DNA of 64,000 nt, taken from Candidatus Multivoradales bacterium (GTDB lineage Bacteria > Acidobacteriota > Thermoanaerobaculia > Multivoradales > Multivoraceae). Shown here piece by piece: positions 37,119 to 47,335 of the stretch. The position numbers and the translations under genes were made by a program. The stretch spans positions 288,001 through 352,000 of the forward strand of contig CBDCWI010000002.1 of NCBI GenBank assembly GCA_965223325.1, read 5' to 3'. The notes under the pieces are model-generated. The model was not told where the DNA came from and searched no databases. It saw only the letters and a list, made by a program, of their open reading frames with translations. How positions within the stretch are numbered: the stretch's first letter is position 1; each line of letters opens with the position of its first letter.

Positions 37119-38579
37119 CTAACTGGCGCCGGTTCCGCGCAGGACGGCGGGTACCGTCTTGAGCATGATCTCGAGGTCGAGGCCGAAAGACCATTGGTCG
37201 ATGTATTGGAGGTCCATTTCCATCCACTCCTCGAAGCCAATGTCATGCCGACCGTTGGCCTGCCAGATGCAAGTCAGGCCGGGCTTGACGCTGAATCGTC
37301 GCTTCTGCCAGCGCTCGTTGAAGCGATCGACGTCGCGAGCCGGCAGGGGCCTTGGACCCACCAGGCTCATGTCGCCAATCAAGACGTTCCACAGTTGCGG
37401 GAGCTCATCGAGCGAGAACTTACGCAGGAAGCGACCGACGCGGGTGACTCGTGGGTCGACGGCCATCTTGAACGCCGCGCCTTCGACCTCGTTCTGTGCC
37501 TCGAGGGCGGCGAGCTGTTGCTCGGCATCGACGACCATGGTGCGGAACTTGTAGATCCAGAAGGCCCGGCGGGCGAGTCCAATACGCTCCTGACGAAACA
37601 AGACCGGGCCACGCGAGTCGAGCCGGATGGCCACCGCGAGCGCCAAGAGAAGCGGGGCCAGGACAACCAGCGCCACGGCGGCCACCATGATGTCGAAGGC
37701 GCGTTTGATCACCAACCCACCGAGACTGGGCCTGGGAGTCTGGAGAGTCATGATGGGCGTTGCGTCGAGGTAATCGACATCAGCCCGCGCAACCTCGAGC
37801 CGGAAGAAGTCGGCAGGCATGCGCACCGGAATCCCGAGCTCTTCGGCGAGCGCCAGAATCGAGGCGATGCTCTCGTATTGCGACTTGACCGGCAGGGCGA
37901 CCAGGATCTCGTCGATCTGGTTGGCCTCGACGATGCGATCGAGCTCGTTGAGCGAACCGAGCAGGCGCTCACGCTGTCCGCTCTGCGGGTTGATGGGGGC
38001 AGGAATGTCATCGGCATAGCCCAACAGGCGGTAGCCGAGTTCGGGCCGACTCCGGATGCGCGCCCCGAGAGCGGCACCCCGCGGACCGCACCCGACCATC
38101 AGCAGTCGCCGGAGCTGGTTCTCGTTGCGCCCGCCGACCTCGCCGAGTGCCAGGCCGATCACCAGGCGGACGAGCAGCGTGCCGAGCAGGCTCACGCCGA
38201 AGAAGGTCAGCAGAAAGATCCGCGTCACTGCCCCGAACTCGAGGATCAAAGCGCCGGTCGCGAGCAGGGCAGTGGCAAAGGCCGCTGCTTTGGTCGCCGC
38301 GATCAGAGTACGTACCGGGTGGCGACGGCCGGGACCACGCTTGTAGAGGCCGAAGGCTTCGAGCGTGGTCGTCCACAGAGCTGCAAAGACGACGACGGTG
38401 AAGAGGTTACCGATACTGATACGGAGGGAGAGAAACGTGCTCAGGTCAGCTGTTCCGTGTACCAACCCTGCGCTGGCGAGCGCAAAGAAGAACGCGGCCA
38501 TGATGACCAGAACGTCGCCGAGTCGCGTCGCGCTGCGAAGCGCGGCTCTCGGCACCGGGCGAAAGACACCATCAGTCAT
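37119..38579 (-). CDS. Polyprenyl-phosphate glycosylphosphotransferase (initiating sugar transferase)
   Basis: KRAFD, FRQERIG, KFRTM, DPRVT, SLDELPQL, VGPRP, KPGLT. Confidence 0.95.
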   Translation of the reverse strand: MTDGVFRPVPRAALRSATRLGDVLVIMAAFFFALASAGLVHGTADLSTFLSLRISIGNLFTVVVFAALWTTTLEAFGLYKRGPGRRHPVRTLIAATKAAAFATALLATGALILEFGAVTRIFLLTFFGVSLLGTLLVRLVIGLALGEVGGRNENQLRRLLMVGCGPRGAALGARIRSRPELGYRLLGYADDIPAPINPQSGQRERLLGSLNELDRIVEANQIDEILVALPVKSQYESIASILALAEELGIPVRMPADFFRLEVARADVDYLDATPIMTLQTPRPSLGGLVIKRAFDIMVAAVALVVLAPLLLALAVAIRLDSRGPVLFRQERIGLARRAFWIYKFRTMVVDAEQQLAALEAQNEVEGAAFKMAVDPRVTRVGRFLRKFSLDELPQLWNVLIGDMSLVGPRPLPARDVDRFNERWQKRRFSVKPGLTCIWQANGRHDIGFEEWMEMDLQYIDQWSFGLDLEIMLKTVPAVLRGTGAS

Positions 38580-39876
38580 GAGATGTGGATTCCTCGAGGC
38601 GAGCCATGATGTGTGACTCCGGGCCGGTGGCTGGCACCAGTCCCAGAGTCTCGTAGTAGAAACCCTCGGTTTCGAGGGCGACCTCGTTCCAATCTGGCAG
38701 CTCGGCAGCTCGCTCACCGGCAAGGCGAGAGAGCCGCTCTTGAAGTTCGTCGTCCTGGAACACACGAGCCAGAGACTCGCGCAGGGGAACGACCTCGCCG
38801 GGCGGGACGGTAATGGCCGCCTCGCCGACTGCTTCAAGGTTCTCCGGAATAGCAGACGCGATGATGCAGCAACGGTTGGCCAGAGCTTCGAGAAGCGAAA
38901 CCGACAGGCCTTCGATTGCCGAAGGAAGAATGAAGGAGCGGCAGTTCGCCATCAGCGCCGCGACGGCGCGGTGAGGAATCTGGCCGAGGAAACGCACGTG
39001 CTCGGTGGCTGCGCGACGCACGGCCTCCGAGTACTGCGGGTCGTAGGACGGATCACCGGCAATGACCAACTCGCGGCCGGGGCCGAGAAGGGGAGCAGCC
39101 GCTTGCACCATCTCGAGTACGTGCTTCTCGGGCGAAATGCGACCGACAAACAGGGCATAGCCGCGCGGCTCGAGACCGTCGGTGTCAAACATGACGAGCG
39201 ACTCGTCGTCGAGCCGCAAGCCCTCGGGAGGGTGAGGAGGGGCGTTGCGGATGCAACGCGCGCCGATGCCGTGGAGGTCCCGGTAGTGCGCCGAGAGGGT
39301 CTCGGAAACAACCGCGGTGCGGTTGGGCAGCTTGGCCGAGCTCCACTCACCAAAGCGCAGGAACTGGCGCGCGAACGGGCCCCATTTCGCCCGTCGCCAG
39401 TCGAGGCCACGAACAGACACAACCGTTCTGGCCCCGAAAAGGCGAGGCACGACCGACAACGGGGCGCTGCCAAGGGCATGGAATTGCACGATATCGAAAC
39501 CTCTGAAGACACAATCGAGCGTCGCCAGAAGACTGTGACTCAGGGTTTCGAGATGCTTGCTGCGAACCGCAGGCAGGCGCTTCACCTTGATTCCGCGGTG
39601 GCTGTCCACTGGCGGCGTGAAATGGTTCCGGCAGTAGGCCGTGACCTCATGTCCCCGAGCCGCCAGGCGCGCCCCAACTTCCTCGTAGTAGGTCTCGATG
39701 CCGCTGTAGGTCCCGATCACACCGCGCGCGCCGATCAGGGCGATTCGCAGCGGACGTCCCGGCCGTTCGACGGCTTCGACACGTGTTGAGGCGGAAAGGG
39801 TGGGCTCAGCGTGCAACGGCTGACCTTCCTGAGTGGAAAGCCAGTTGTGATCGCTGCTTGCTGATGTTCCTTGCAC
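38572..39876 (-). CDS. GT4-family glycosyltransferase
   Basis: IGARG...SGIE, FVGRISPEK, EGLSVSLLEA. Confidence 0.9.
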   Translation of the reverse strand: MQGTSASSDHNWLSTQEGQPLHAEPTLSASTRVEAVERPGRPLRIALIGARGVIGTYSGIETYYEEVGARLAARGHEVTAYCRNHFTPPVDSHRGIKVKRLPAVRSKHLETLSHSLLATLDCVFRGFDIVQFHALGSAPLSVVPRLFGARTVVSVRGLDWRRAKWGPFARQFLRFGEWSSAKLPNRTAVVSETLSAHYRDLHGIGARCIRNAPPHPPEGLRLDDESLVMFDTDGLEPRGYALFVGRISPEKHVLEMVQAAAPLLGPGRELVIAGDPSYDPQYSEAVRRAATEHVRFLGQIPHRAVAALMANCRSFILPSAIEGLSVSLLEALANRCCIIASAIPENLEAVGEAAITVPPGEVVPLRESLARVFQDDELQERLSRLAGERAAELPDWNEVALETEGFYYETLGLVPATGPESHIMARLEESTSHD

Positions 39877-40466
39877 CGACGCTCACCAAGAACAGTCTGC
39901 AAGGGCCACGCCAGCCCTGGCAGGTACCGCTTCCTTGCCCTCCGTTCCGACGATCAAACGAGATTCCCAGGCTTTCTGGCGCAGGCAGGTGAAGCAAAAC
40001 TCGGAATTCAAGTTTTCAATCTTTGGATCGGGCAAAGGCATCTCTGAAGATGAGGGTCCTGCTTCGGTGCGACTCACCCCCAGTGGCGGACGTTCGCGCA
40101 CTGCGAGTGTTCCCGCACGGAACGCTGGGATCCGGGAGGAATACATATTGAGGGTCCACTAGACCCCTTTGAAATCTACTCTTTGAGCTCGCCGATGATA
40201 CCGCGGCCCACCGGTGAATGACAAGGATAGGCTTGACATCGAGCACCTCGAGCCAAGTCGGAATCAGACCGCACATCGCGAACTGGGCAGCCGCTCTTCG
40301 CTATACTGCCCGCGGATTTCTCTCCTCCTTCCTTCCCGTCCGGGTTCCAGCACGCTCTCCCACAACAATCGACCGAGAAGACCTTTCGATGTCTGAATCA
40401 CGAGGCCACCTTCGCGACGCACCGGAGAGTGCTCGCTCGACTCTGCGGCTTGCCCAGGCGATCTGA

Positions 40467-41006
40467 GTGACGACGGGGTCTCAGGGCATTGAACTCGAGG
40501 GCGATCTCGACGCCTCGGGGCTTCGTTTCGGAGTCGTTGCCAGCCGCTGGAATGCGGCGGTCGTCGACGACATGCTGGCGGCCACCATCGCCTTCCTCGC
40601 GCGGCGAGGAGCCACAGCCGAGGACCTCCAGGTGGTGCGGGTCCCAGGTGCCTGGGAAATCCCCGCAGCTCTCGCCTGGCTGAGCGAGGCTGAGCCACGC
40701 CCGGACGGTCTGATCGCGCTCGGAGCCGTGATCCGAGGCGGTACGCCACACTTCGACTACGTTTGTGAGGCGTGCACCCGGGGCTGCGAACAGGTGCAAG
40801 CCCAGTCGGGTTTGCCGGTCGGCTTTGGCATCCTGACCTGCGACGACCTCGGCCAGGCGCGGGCTCGCGCCGGTGGGCGAGAAGGCAACAAGGGCGAGGA
40901 AGCAGCAGAAGCCAGCCTGCGCATGGTGCGACTCAAGCGCCTCCTCGACGCAAGCAACCAGAAGGCCGCCAGCCGAAACCCGTCGGCGGCCCCGTCGGAG
41001 AGCTAG
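40467..41006 (+). CDS. ribH: 6,7-dimethyl-8-ribityllumazine synthase
   Basis: VPGAWEIP, GAVIRGGTPHFDYV, GNKGEEAA. Confidence 0.96.
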   Translation: MTTGSQGIELEGDLDASGLRFGVVASRWNAAVVDDMLAATIAFLARRGATAEDLQVVRVPGAWEIPAALAWLSEAEPRPDGLIALGAVIRGGTPHFDYVCEACTRGCEQVQAQSGLPVGFGILTCDDLGQARARAGGREGNKGEEAAEASLRMVRLKRLLDASNQKAASRNPSAAPSES

Positions 41007-41524
41007 TGGGAAGCGATCGTCATGACGGCCCACGTCGGCAGGCTCGAGAGCTCGCCTTGCAGTGGCTCTACGAACAGGATCTGGCAGGAGCCGGTGTCGA
41101 TGAGATTCTGGCCCACTGGGATCAGAGCGCTTCGAGCGTCTATCGCCAGGAAGATGATGGCGCCGATGGCGACAGTCAACCCAGGGTGAGCGGGCCTCCG
41201 CCGACTGGCCGGGCCCTTGCCTACGCACGTGAGCTGTTCATGGGTGCCCATGCGCGACGGGCAGCGATCGACGAGCGCATCGCGGCGCAGGCTGAGAACT
41301 GGCGGCTCGAGAGAATGGCGATGGTCGACCGCAATATCCTGCGCCTGGCGGTGTACGAACTCGAGCACCAGCGTGACATTCCCGCCGCCGTCATCCTCGA
41401 TGAGGCGATCGAGCTCGCCAAACGCTTCGGTGCCGAAGACTCGAGCAAGTTCGTCAATGGGATTCTCGACGCCATGGTCAAGAACCGCCGGAGAAGCGGT
41501 CCTGTTCAGAACACCGGCGAGTAG
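41006..41524 (+). CDS. nusB: Transcription antitermination factor NusB
   Basis: RRQARELALQWLY, WRLERM..VDRNILRLA, EAIELAK.FG, FVNGILD. Confidence 0.95.
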   Translation: MGSDRHDGPRRQARELALQWLYEQDLAGAGVDEILAHWDQSASSVYRQEDDGADGDSQPRVSGPPPTGRALAYARELFMGAHARRAAIDERIAAQAENWRLERMAMVDRNILRLAVYELEHQRDIPAAVILDEAIELAKRFGAEDSSKFVNGILDAMVKNRRRSGPVQNTGE

Positions 41525-41623
41525 GATACAATTAGCATGTTGTGGATATAACCAAGCGTCGATATCTATCGGGCCCACGCCACGACACAGCCCCTCTCCG
41601 ACCCCAAGAGTCTTTCTGAACCG

Positions 41624-42712
41624 ATGTCCCGCCGCTCTTCATCCACCGACCTCCTGCTGGCGACCGCTGTCGTGGCGGGTCTCCTGTTCGCGGGGTTCGA
41701 CCCAGCGCCCGTTCTGGCCTCTGCACGGGCGGTCGATGGCACCGATCGAGCCATCGTCGTTCCTCCGGCGGGCGCGACCATCGAGGCCTACCAGAACCCC
41801 GGCTACCGTCTCGAGCGCTTGCGCGACGGTACCGTCGAGGTCGAAGTGGTGGTCGACCCGATGCACAGCGAGTCAACGTTCGTGCTCCCGCCACAAAGCC
41901 CCGACGCCGACGGTGTCGAGCTCCTGGCGCGTTCCGTCGTCTCCGGCTCACCGACTCACTACGCAGCAGTCAGCCGACTCCTGGCCTGGGTGTCGACCAA
42001 CATTCGCTACGACCTCGACCGCAGCGCCTCGCAGGCCGCGTCCGACGTGCTGGCGCGCCGCTCGGCCTACTGCACCGGAGTCGCGCGCCTGACGGTGGCA
42101 ATGCTCCAACGAGTCGGCATCGAGGCGCGCGAAGTGTCCGGATTCGTCGTCGGCGAGCGGGCCGGCAGCGGCGGATACCACCGCTGGATCGAGGCCTACT
42201 ACCCAGACTCGGGGTGGCACTTCAGCGATCCTCTGAGCACCCATCACTGGGTCCCGGCCAGTTACCTGCGCCTGGCCGCCGAGGAACTCGACTTGACGCG
42301 CTCTCACCGTCCCCTGGTTCTCGAACGCGACGACCGCGTCGCTCCGGTCGACGTCTTTCCCCTCGCCGGCGAAGACGTTCTGGTGCGCAGAAACTCGGAC
42401 CGGCGGCGCGCCGCCGCGGTCACGATTCGTTCGGACAGCCGCGCGGGCACCGCCTGGCTGGTCGGCAACGGTGAGTTACACACCCTGCCGCTGGCGGGCG
42501 GCCGCGGTTCCTTTCTCGGTCTCCCGAGCGGCGAGTACGACCTCATGGTGCGCGCTCAGGACGGCCGTCGCTGGCGGCGACGCGTCGAGTTCAGCGGCCC
42601 CGGTCATGTCGCACTCGAGTTGAAAGGTCCTGGCAAAGGGGCGACGAGCCCCCTCAGGCCACAGCCGGATTCGGAACCGCACTTCACTGACGCCGCCTCC
42701 GGAGGTCGTTGA
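41624..42712 (+). CDS. Secreted transglutaminase-like domain protein
   Basis: Signal peptide; AYCTG / YHRWIE / SDP Cys-His-Asp triad. Confidence 0.8.
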   Translation: MSRRSSSTDLLLATAVVAGLLFAGFDPAPVLASARAVDGTDRAIVVPPAGATIEAYQNPGYRLERLRDGTVEVEVVVDPMHSESTFVLPPQSPDADGVELLARSVVSGSPTHYAAVSRLLAWVSTNIRYDLDRSASQAASDVLARRSAYCTGVARLTVAMLQRVGIEAREVSGFVVGERAGSGGYHRWIEAYYPDSGWHFSDPLSTHHWVPASYLRLAAEELDLTRSHRPLVLERDDRVAPVDVFPLAGEDVLVRRNSDRRRAAAVTIRSDSRAGTAWLVGNGELHTLPLAGGRGSFLGLPSGEYDLMVRAQDGRRWRRRVEFSGPGHVALELKGPGKGATSPLRPQPDSEPHFTDAASGGR

Positions 42713-42732
42713 CGAGGTAGGATGCCGGCACC

Positions 42733-43278
42733 ATGTACTGCCGCTCCTGGTTCCGCCGCTCGCTGCGGCTGCTCCCACTTCTGCTCGTCCTCGCAACAGC
42801 GACTGGTTGCGCCGGCTACGCTCTGGTGGGCACCGGTTCGAACCTGCCCGAGGACGTCCGGGCGGTCTACCTGGCTCCGTTCGAGAACCGAACCCAGCGG
42901 TCCGAACTCGAGCAGTTCCTGACTCAGGGAATTGCCGAGGAGCTGGTGACGAGGGCCCGCTTTTCCCTCACCCAGGGGCCCCAGGAGGCCGACGCGACCC
43001 TCTCCGGCGAAGTGGTGTCGTTTCGGGTGACCCCCATCACCTTCGACGCCGAAGGCCGCGGCGACGAGTACGAGATCTCGATCACCGCCAAGGTCGCCTT
43101 CGTGCGCACCGACGAAGACCAGACACCGCTCTGGGCCAACGATCGCTACCTGTTCAAAGAGGTGTACGACCTCGGAGGCAACGCCGAGAACTTCTTCGAC
43201 CGCGAAAACATAGCCATCGAGGAGTCTGCCGGTAGGTTTGCCGAGACCATGGTCATCGACCTCTTGCAAGGGTTCTAA
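42733..43278 (+). CDS. lptE: LPS assembly lipoprotein LptE
   Basis: TGCAGY lipobox, LPEDVRAVY..PFENRT, ADATLSGEV. Confidence 0.8.
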   Translation: MYCRSWFRRSLRLLPLLLVLATATGCAGYALVGTGSNLPEDVRAVYLAPFENRTQRSELEQFLTQGIAEELVTRARFSLTQGPQEADATLSGEVVSFRVTPITFDAEGRGDEYEISITAKVAFVRTDEDQTPLWANDRYLFKEVYDLGGNAENFFDRENIAIEESAGRFAETMVIDLLQGF

Positions 43279-43369
43279 GGCTTTGCCTGGACGAAGGCTC
43301 TTCGATGGCACCTGCCGGGTCGCTTATCCCGTAGACGCCGGAAGGTCCCAGGCTGACTCGGCAGAATAC

Positions 43370-43433
43370 GCGATCGAAGAGTCAGCTGTAGGTTTGCCGA
43401 GACCATGGCCATCGACCTCCTGCACGGGGTTCT
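43370..43433 (+). repeat. Diverged duplicate of the lptE 3' end
   Basis: Aligns to 43213-43275; 21-bp identical core GTAGGTTTGCCGAGACCATGG. Confidence 0.8.
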
Positions 43434-43475
43434 TGGCTCCGCTGAACCCGCCCCCCAGGTCCAGGGCACACAAGC

Positions 43476-43505
43476 AAGAGAGCCGGCGCGGAGCCGGCTC
43501 TTTCT
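43476..43505. terminator. Hairpin terminator between convergent lptE and rpsT
   Basis: GAGCCGGC-GCGGA-GCCGGCTC followed by TTT. Confidence 0.55.
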
Positions 43506-43540
43506 CGCAGGGACCGCGGCGGGGACTGACGAGCCCCCGG

Positions 43541-43807
43541 CTATGCCTCGATCGAGTTCACCAGCTTGACCAGACGTGATTTCGATCGTGCTGCGGCGTT
43601 GGCGTGGATCACGCCACGACCGGCGGAGCGGTCGAGCAGGGCGAGTGCTCCCGGGAGCAGCTTTGCCGCTTCCTCCTGGTTACCCTCTGAGGCGGCAGTG
43701 CGCAGCTTCCTGATCTGGGTGCGCAGGGCAGAGCGCGCGGCGCGGTTGCGGGCATTGCGGCGCTCGGTTTGCCGAATGCGTTTGATGGCGGAGGCGTTGT
43801 TGGCCAT
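43541..43807 (-). CDS. rpsT: 30S ribosomal protein S20
   Basis: MANNASAIKRIRQ...IHANAAARSKSRL. Confidence 0.96.
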   Translation of the reverse strand: MANNASAIKRIRQTERRNARNRAARSALRTQIRKLRTAASEGNQEEAAKLLPGALALLDRSAGRGVIHANAAARSKSRLVKLVNSIEA

Positions 43808-44030
43808 TGGTGATCGATCTCCGGGACTCTTGGTCTTGGTTGTGAACTGAGAGTGTTACGCAGCTCCGGCGGGCTCCGTCATGGACCTTGGCCGGAGCAC
43901 CGGCAGACCGAAGCTGCGATCAGGCTACTCCGCGGTCGAGAGAATCGCTGGGACAGAGGAGGAAGCCTGGAGGCGGAGACGATATCAGAACCCAAGCCGC
44001 ACGAGCGCACCGTCGGGCTCTGGGCGTACC

Positions 44031-44843
44031 TCAGCCGCTGCTGTCCGAGGCTCCGAGCGACTGCAGGGTCTGACGTGCCAGCTTTGCCTCGTCACTGCGG
44101 GGAAAGTCGTTGATCACGCTCTGCAGTTGGACGATTCCCTGTGACTGGTCGTCGAGCTCGAGGTGGGAGTAGCCGATCTTGAGGCGGGCAATGGGAATCT
44201 TCTCGCTGTTGGGGTAGCGCGCCTGGAGGTTGCTGAACTCCTGGATGGCCAGCCGGTACTCGTTCTGGCCGTAGTACGACTCGCCGATCCAATAGAGCGC
44301 GTTGTCGGCCAACTCGGTCGCCGGATAGGTCTCGAGGTACTGCCGAAAGCCCAGGATGGCGAGGTCGTAGTTGCCGCGCAAGAAGTCCGAGCGCGCACCC
44401 TGGTACATCTGCTCCGGCGCCTCAGGCGGCCCACCGCCCAGGTTGGACGATGAAACGGGCGAACCGGAAATGCCGAAACCGCACTGGTTGCGAAGCGCGC
44501 GGATTTCCTGGTCGGTGGCTGCTAGCGTCTGGGTGATCGACGACAGAGCCAGGGAGGTGTCGTCGAGCCGCGACTGCATGTGGCCCACTTCCTCCGACAG
44601 GCGCTGGAGCTCGGCGCGGATCTCGCTGTCGGTCTCACGACGAAGCAGCGCGTTCTCGCCGATCTGCTCACTGAGGCCGGAGATCTCCTCTTTGGTCGAC
44701 GCATCGCGCTGTAGCTGCAGGAGCTGCCGCTGAATTTCCGACATCTGCGTCTGCAGCGTTTCGAGCTGGGTGCTCGAGCCGCAGCCTACGAGAGGTGCGG
44801 TGACGAGGAGGAGGGCGAAGATCCGAAGCGGGGAGGGGGCCAT
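44031..44843 (-). CDS. cpoB: Tol-Pal system protein CpoB/YbgF (lipoprotein, coiled coil + TPR)
   Basis: LVGC lipobox; ADNALYWIGE; downstream of pal. Confidence 0.88.
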   Translation of the reverse strand: MAPSPLRIFALLLVTAPLVGCGSSTQLETLQTQMSEIQRQLLQLQRDASTKEEISGLSEQIGENALLRRETDSEIRAELQRLSEEVGHMQSRLDDTSLALSSITQTLAATDQEIRALRNQCGFGISGSPVSSSNLGGGPPEAPEQMYQGARSDFLRGNYDLAILGFRQYLETYPATELADNALYWIGESYYGQNEYRLAIQEFSNLQARYPNSEKIPIARLKIGYSHLELDDQSQGIVQLQSVINDFPRSDEAKLARQTLQSLGASDSSG

Positions 44844-44940
44844 CGAGCTGATCTGGCCGACGAGCGACCGGTTGGGAAGGAGGAGAGCGCCCCCGGTAGG
44901 GCGCTGGCGAGAGCGCACTACCGGGTGTCTCACTCAGGTC

Positions 44941-45513
44941 TCAGGAGTTGCCGGTGATCCGGAAGTAGGCTCGGCGGTTCTGTCGCCAGCAGCTTTCGGC
45001 GGCGGTGTTGCACTTGCCCCGCTCCTCACCAAAGCTGATGGTGCGCAGGCGCTGCGAGCCCACGCCGAGCGAGATCAGGTAGTCGCGGGCGGCGTTGGCA
45101 CGACGCTCGCCGAGCGCGATGTTGTACTGGTTGGTGCCGCGATCGTCGGTGTGACCCTCGATCGTGATCGTGAGGGCCTTGCCGGCGTCGGTAAGGAAGC
45201 GCGCGTTGCGTGACAGGCGCTCGCGGGCGCCGGTGTCGAGGGCAGAGCTGTCGTAGGCGAACAGCACTTCGCCGAGAAGACCTTCACGCTCGGCCTGCAT
45301 CTGCATCGCTTCGAGGTCGGTGCCTTCCCACGGCGACGCCTGACGGTCGTTGTCCGTCGACGGTGCAGGTGGAGGAGACGGCCGATCAGGCTCAGTGTGG
45401 GTGGTGGTCTGCTCGGGCGCCGCCGGCGGTGCGGGCGGCTTTTTCTTGCAGCCGGCGGTGACCAGGGTGGCCGCTGCAAGCAGGGCGATGAAGAAGGGGA
45501 TCCTGCGGCTCAT
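44941..45513 (-). CDS. pal: Peptidoglycan-associated lipoprotein Pal
   Basis: AGC lipobox; IEGHTDDRGT..YNIALGERRA; QNRRA. Confidence 0.95.
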   Translation of the reverse strand: MSRRIPFFIALLAAATLVTAGCKKKPPAPPAAPEQTTTHTEPDRPSPPPAPSTDNDRQASPWEGTDLEAMQMQAEREGLLGEVLFAYDSSALDTGARERLSRNARFLTDAGKALTITIEGHTDDRGTNQYNIALGERRANAARDYLISLGVGSQRLRTISFGEERGKCNTAAESCWRQNRRAYFRITGNS

Positions 45514-45844
45514 CTGCACTCTCCTCCGGTCGCCAGGGAGCAACGAAGACATCAGTCAGCGAGCTGGCACCCCGACGGGTAACGCGGAAGGCTCCGCGTG
45601 AATGAATTGGTGTCAGTGGACTCTCGAAGTTTTTCGCCTTTGTTCTGTCCCAGTCGTCCCCCCGCAAGGAGACTTTCAGGAACAGGTCAAATTTCCGCGG
45701 GGAGAACGAACCGCCGCAGCAGCGCCACTGTCGCGCGAAGAGTAGCAAAACAAGGGTCTCGCGGCAAGCCGGGAACTTCGAATAATGCCCCTATTTGTAG
45801 TCATTTAGCGGTCGTGTCCGGGAGCTCTCGGCCCGGCCACTCGA

Positions 45845-47260
45845 TCACTCGAAGTAGGGCGACCAGGACGGGCCGAAATTGCCGTGACTCCCCGAGGTCA
45901 GCTGGCGCAGACGGCGGCCGTTGGCGTCCATTACGAAGATCTGCCGGCTACCGCCAGCCTTGCTGGTTTCAAAGACGATCTTGCGCCCGTCGGGCGAGAA
46001 GCTCGGCGCCTCGTGCAGGCCGGGCATATCCGCGGTCAGGAGCCGCTGCTCGAGCGTCACCAGGTTCAAGAGGGCGATATCGAAGCGCACTCCGTCGTCT
46101 GAACGGTGCGAGTAGACCAGGTGGGTGCCATCAGGGTGCCAGGAGGCGCCCTCGTTGTATTTACCGCGAGTGGTCAGGCGCCTGAGGTTGGTGCCGTCAC
46201 GGTCCATCAAATAGATCTGCGGGCGCCCGGTGCGGTCGGAGGTAAAGGCGATCTCACGCCCGTTGGGGCTCCAGGCGGGGTTGAAGTCAGTAGCGTTCGA
46301 GTTGGTCAGCCGCCGTGGTCTGCCTCCCGCGGTGGGCACCGCGAAGATCTCCCAGTTACCCCGAATGGCGCCCGAGTACGCGATCTCGCGACCGTCGCCC
46401 GAGAACGAGGGGGTCATCACGCTGGTGTCATCGGCAACCACAGCGCGCTTCTGGCCGGTTGCGATATCGACCCAGTAGAGCGACGGCGGTCCTTCGAACC
46501 AGGATGCGTAAGCCAGCCCGTCCGCCTTGGGTGACCAGGCCGGCGACAGGGTCAAGGAGTTGTGCGCCGTGATGCGCCGCTGGCCGGCGCCGTCGTAGTC
46601 CATCAGGTAGAGCTCCTTGACCTGGTTGCCGTCTCGATCCGAAGTGAAGACGATTTGCGTGCGGGCGATTCCCGCGCGGCCCGTGAAGGTCTTGATGATC
46701 TCGTCGTTCCAGGTATGCGCCAGTCGGCGGGCAAGGTCGAACGTGCCGGCGTAGCGCTTCCCGGCAATGAAACGACCGCTGTCGAGGTCATAGAGCCGCC
46801 CTTCGATCACGATCTGGTCGCCGTCGAGAGTGAACTCGTTGAGCACCACCGCCTCGTTGCCGAGGGAGCGGTACTGAATGAAGTCCTGAGCACGGTCACC
46901 GGTAACCGCCAGGACCTTGAGCACGTCGGGGCCCTGGACCTCGACAACGCCACTCCAGTCGAGGTCGTTGAGCAGGACTTCTTCGATCTCCTCCATCGCC
47001 TTGCGCGCCTGGGGCGGCGCCGACGTCGGCCGAACTGCCAGCGGCACCGCAACCTTGATCTTCGGTGCGATCGGGTTGTCGTAGATGTCGACTTCCAGCT
47101 CGCGTCGCTCGGACTGCGACGCCGCAGTCGGCGGCTGCGCCTCTAGCGGAAGCATCAAGAGGGTGCTCGCAAGAAGGGCTACCGCGGCGACGCCCCCCGA
47201 AAACGCGGAGCGCGTTGGGCAGAGGGCGAGACGAAAGCGTAGAAAGGAGCGGTAGTTCAT
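45845..47260 (-). CDS. tolB: Tol-Pal beta-propeller protein TolB
   Basis: TolB N-domain; MDYDG; PD40 repeats (PAWSP). Confidence 0.93.
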   Translation of the reverse strand: MNYRSFLRFRLALCPTRSAFSGGVAAVALLASTLLMLPLEAQPPTAASQSERRELEVDIYDNPIAPKIKVAVPLAVRPTSAPPQARKAMEEIEEVLLNDLDWSGVVEVQGPDVLKVLAVTGDRAQDFIQYRSLGNEAVVLNEFTLDGDQIVIEGRLYDLDSGRFIAGKRYAGTFDLARRLAHTWNDEIIKTFTGRAGIARTQIVFTSDRDGNQVKELYLMDYDGAGQRRITAHNSLTLSPAWSPKADGLAYASWFEGPPSLYWVDIATGQKRAVVADDTSVMTPSFSGDGREIAYSGAIRGNWEIFAVPTAGGRPRRLTNSNATDFNPAWSPNGREIAFTSDRTGRPQIYLMDRDGTNLRRLTTRGKYNEGASWHPDGTHLVYSHRSDDGVRFDIALLNLVTLEQRLLTADMPGLHEAPSFSPDGRKIVFETSKAGGSRQIFVMDANGRRLRQLTSGSHGNFGPSWSPYFE

Positions 47261-47335
47261 GATGAGGGGGCCTCAGGTCAAAAAGGAAGAAGGGTGTTCA
47301 AAAGCTGCTGGAGAAGCGGGGTCTGGGTAGGAGCA

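Noticed and set aside
36861-38609. Long antisense or alternate-frame ORFs (582 aa here; also 20140-21621, 6119-7333 and the 5' part of 51791-53161)
   Set aside because: Shadows of well-supported genes in GC-rich DNA, with no recognisable motifs.
39880-40466. FMN riboswitch upstream of ribH
   Set aside because: The conserved RFN motifs could not be found by eye.
43213-43433. Diversity-generating retroelement TR/VR pair
   Set aside because: Differences are not confined to adenines, indels are present and there is no reverse transcriptase in the window.
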